A stretch of 64,000 bases of DNA from Bacilli bacterium (GTDB lineage: Bacteria > Bacillota_I > Bacilli_A > ML615J-28 > CAG-698), in NCBI GenBank assembly GCA_050953065.1, contig JBMNLZ010000003.1, forward strand, positions 64,001 to 128,000. Reading direction: 5' to 3'. This document shows positions 61,625 to 64,000 of the stretch, piece after piece. Under the pieces are notes generated by a model. It had not been told where the DNA came from, did not search any database, and saw only the letters and a list, made by a program, of their open reading frames with translations. Every line of letters starts with the position of its first letter. Position 1 is the stretch's first letter. The translations under genes and the position numbers were made by a program.

Positions 61625-62845
61625 TTAAGACCATTTTGCATAAATCTTAATAGTTCTATCAGCAGCAAAGTCGCTTGGTCTTAGATACCACGTAGTTCCA
61701 GCATCATTTGTCATGATTGCATCACCTTCATTCATTCCAGGATCATCAAACCAACCACCAAATGTAAATCCAGGTTTAGTTGGAACGCCTATTGTACGCA
61801 AGTCTGTATATGATTGTCCGCCAATAGTTTCTGATTCATTAAATTGAGCTGCTGTAAATGTTGGTGCGTTTGCTGCGTTGTTAGCACCACCATTAGTATA
61901 ATAAGTAATAGCATATGTGTCAGCAGGCATTCTAGATTGGAATATCATATCAATTGATACTTGATGGCTTAATCTTGAGTCATCAGTATTTGGATCTGAT
62001 CCTTCAATCCATACAACTACTTTAATAGTTGGGTTAAGAGCCTTAATAACAGATGAATCGATTTGACAAATACTAGTTCCTGAAGAAGCAGTACCAGTAG
62101 CTGAAGGAATAATTCTACGAACTACTGAAGCAGCAGGTCCAGCTGGTTTAACATACTTAAGTTCAGATGTAGATTCAGTAATTGATCCCGCTTCAAAATC
62201 TGTATAGTTAGTAGTATCAAAAGCTGTACTTGAAACAACACTGCCGTCTAAGTCAGCTGCAGCTGTAGAAACTGGATCACCAGCTTGACTTTGAAGTGCG
62301 TATTTTGGTTGCCCTGAAGAATGCGCCCAAATACCATAAATATTATTATTGCTGTCTAGGAAACCAATTCTTACAGATGGTAATAAAGTACCAGAAGCGT
62401 TTGTAACAGTTAAACTACTTAAGAAAATATCTCTCATTTGGCTAGTAGCATTACCTGTATAAGCACTGAAATATAGGTTGTAAACTAAAGCTACACCAAA
62501 ACCAGATGCTACACCATAGTTTGCGCTTGCCCCAGCAGCTACAGCTTCAACAAATTGAGAACCATTTCCAGATTGGTCTTTCATGGCATAATCTGTATAA
62601 GCTATATTGTAGAATGGGTCAGTAGGCTCAGCAAAATTAATTGCAGTAGTATAATTTTCATAATCATTAGTAACGCCATTTGCGTTTTCTGTCCAAACTT
62701 TTAATACACCTTGAGTTTCGGCTTTGATTTGTGTTCCTTCAATTTCAGCTTGAGCTGAAGCAGTAAACCATGCATAACCGGCAGCAGTAACAACTAAAGC
62801 CGACAATAACAACATCATAAATAACATTAAAAATCTTTTTTTCAT
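61625..62845 (-). CDS. TasA/camelysin-like secreted protein with SipW-cognate signal (candidate major subunit) and one C-terminal B-repeat
   Basis: AAGYA-WFTAS; MKDQSGNG, SVRIGF, VWIEGSDPN; PTKPGFTFGGWF; AAGGAG RBS. Confidence 0.72.
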   Translation of the reverse strand: MKKRFLMLFMMLLLSALVVTAAGYAWFTASAQAEIEGTQIKAETQGVLKVWTENANGVTNDYENYTTAINFAEPTDPFYNIAYTDYAMKDQSGNGSQFVEAVAAGASANYGVASGFGVALVYNLYFSAYTGNATSQMRDIFLSSLTVTNASGTLLPSVRIGFLDSNNNIYGIWAHSSGQPKYALQSQAGDPVSTAAADLDGSVVSSTAFDTTNYTDFEAGSITESTSELKYVKPAGPAASVVRRIIPSATGTASSGTSICQIDSSVIKALNPTIKVVVWIEGSDPNTDDSRLSHQVSIDMIFQSRMPADTYAITYYTNGGANNAANAPTFTAAQFNESETIGGQSYTDLRTIGVPTKPGFTFGGWFDDPGMNEGDAIMTNDAGTTWYLRPSDFAADRTIKIYAKWS

Positions 62846-62974
62846 AATTGTTTGTTTCTTTCTCCTTTTTTCATATTTTTTTAAAAATTTATCCTTTTAA
62901 TATGTTGATGAATTCCATTTTTTAAATTTCTAACAAATTAGTAGAAAGATTTTAAAAATCTTCAAGAATTAGAT

Positions 62975-63754
62975 TTATCCTAAATCTTCTTCTTCTAAAC
63001 TAATAATATTAAAAACCATTTCCAATTTTAAAGTTCCATCAATACGTTCATCAACACATTCGGGATCAGTTCCTTCAAGCCATAAGACTATAACATATCT
63101 ATCGGCTTGTCCTACCTCTAAAGAATTTCTCACTTCTTTAGTTACTAAAGTATCACTTAAGAAAACTAGTGCATCATCTTCTTCTTCAATGCCATAATTT
63201 AAATCTTCATAAGCAATCTTTTCAGGAACGGTAGTAGTTCCCTCTCTTGCTTTCGCAAAAACTTTACGACTCGTCTCATTATTTTCGCTATCAAATGTTA
63301 ATAGCATTACCCTCACAGCGCTGTTTAAATCTTTTGTAACAACGGGAAAAGAAATCATATACTCATAATCTAGTACCTCAATACCAGAATTCTTAATGTA
63401 AAATGAATAGGCAACATAGTTAAAGCCATTGCTTGACCCTTCCATGTTATGATATTCTCTATATTTAACATCTTTATAAGAACAATCCGTTAATTTTAAA
63501 ATTCCATCTCCACTAATCGCAGATTTTGCTTTTTCAAAACTTGACTCTTCTGATAAGACAATTGATTTACCAACCATCTTAGTATCATCAACTTTAACTG
63601 TTATCATTCCATCAGTTGTCATTCCTACCATTAAAATAATATATAAAAGTGCTAACAATAATGGAATTGCAATAATAACAGCAATAGCAACTTTCTTAGC
63701 GAAACTTCGCCTAAACCTACCTCTGACTCTTTTACTAATACTTACATTAGTCAT
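62975..63754 (-). CDS. Membrane-anchored member of the same pilin-like family
   Basis: Arg-rich N-terminus plus TM with no A-W(F) cleavage motif; IKNSG, SAVRVM, LWLEGTDPEC; ATG at 63754 after AGGAGGTG RBS. Confidence 0.68.
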   Translation of the reverse strand: MTNVSISKRVRGRFRRSFAKKVAIAVIIAIPLLLALLYIILMVGMTTDGMITVKVDDTKMVGKSIVLSEESSFEKAKSAISGDGILKLTDCSYKDVKYREYHNMEGSSNGFNYVAYSFYIKNSGIEVLDYEYMISFPVVTKDLNSAVRVMLLTFDSENNETSRKVFAKAREGTTTVPEKIAYEDLNYGIEEEDDALVFLSDTLVTKEVRNSLEVGQADRYVIVLWLEGTDPECVDERIDGTLKLEMVFNIISLEEEDLG

Positions 63755-63998
63755 CCGAAGTTTCACCTCCTATCTTTCTTGTAATCTTGAAAGTACGAGA
63801 TGCTAACTTAACATGCGGTTTACATATGAAGTTTCCTTCAAGTCTAGTCATCCCTAACTCTTGGAAGAACATAGCTTCTTTTCTATTATTAACATGAGTA
63901 ATAATTAATCTTCCTCTACAAGATCTAATATATTCATCAAGTTTTTTTAACATGTTTTGTTTTCTTTCATCCTCAAATAAACCAATAAAGTAGTTATG
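63747..63998 (-). CDS. C-terminal end of a degenerate EAL-domain protein (5' part outside window)
   Basis: Frame open to window edge; LIITHVNNRKEAMFFQELGMTRLEGNFICKP aligns by eye with EAL tail (AEGVET.EQ...L..LG....QGY...KP). Confidence 0.6.
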   Translation of the reverse strand, partial: HNYFIGLFEDERKQNMLKKLDEYIRSCRGRLIITHVNNRKEAMFFQELGMTRLEGNFICKPHVKLASRTFKITRKIGGETSDD

Positions 63999-64000
63999 GT

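Noticed and set aside
36007-63754. Sortase-dependent or type IV pilus locus
   Set aside because: No LPXTG/TM tails or sortase; no class III (G-F...E) prepilin signals, PilB/PilC or prepilin peptidase
1-64000. Mycoplasma-type genetic code 4
   Set aside because: Long Trp-rich ORFs are intact under code 11, and TGA serves as stop in ATGA overlaps (11872, 12798)
1-64000. Complete minus-strand gene orientation as a special signal
   Set aside because: Expected from strong leading-strand bias in low-GC Bacillota and Mollicutes

Overview
Very AT-rich bacterial chromosome segment using genetic code 11 (TGA is the stop of fabK and fabD). It resembles a Mollicutes-related Bacilli lineage such as Acholeplasmatales, Izemoplasmatales or RF39; this taxonomy is inference only. 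Every credible gene is on the minus strand. The left half is mostly housekeeping: dapF-aroB-aroC-aroE/K-aroA, glnA-ridA, ktrBA, acpP-accBCDA-fabKDGFZ, three tRNAs with purC, and lplA-gcvT-H-PA-PB-lpdA. It also holds an AAA/DUF4143 gene with upstream tandem repeats and two large lipoproteins. The right ~28 kb (35.9-64 kb) is one apparent operon and the main candidate for a new system. In transcription order it encodes a degenerate EAL protein, a membrane-anchored pilin-like protein, three TasA/camelysin-like proteins with SipW-type signal peptides, SipW #1, a membrane-anchored McrB-family AAA+ NTPase, a DUF2357-like partner with no visible nuclease domain, SipW #2, and three giant SipW-signal adhesin-like proteins (1467, 2495 and 2364 aa). 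The inferred model is a SipW-processed donor-strand fibre or pilus with anchor, shaft and tip subunits, coupled to a repurposed McrBC-like motor. No database searches were run; family assignments come from motif recognition.
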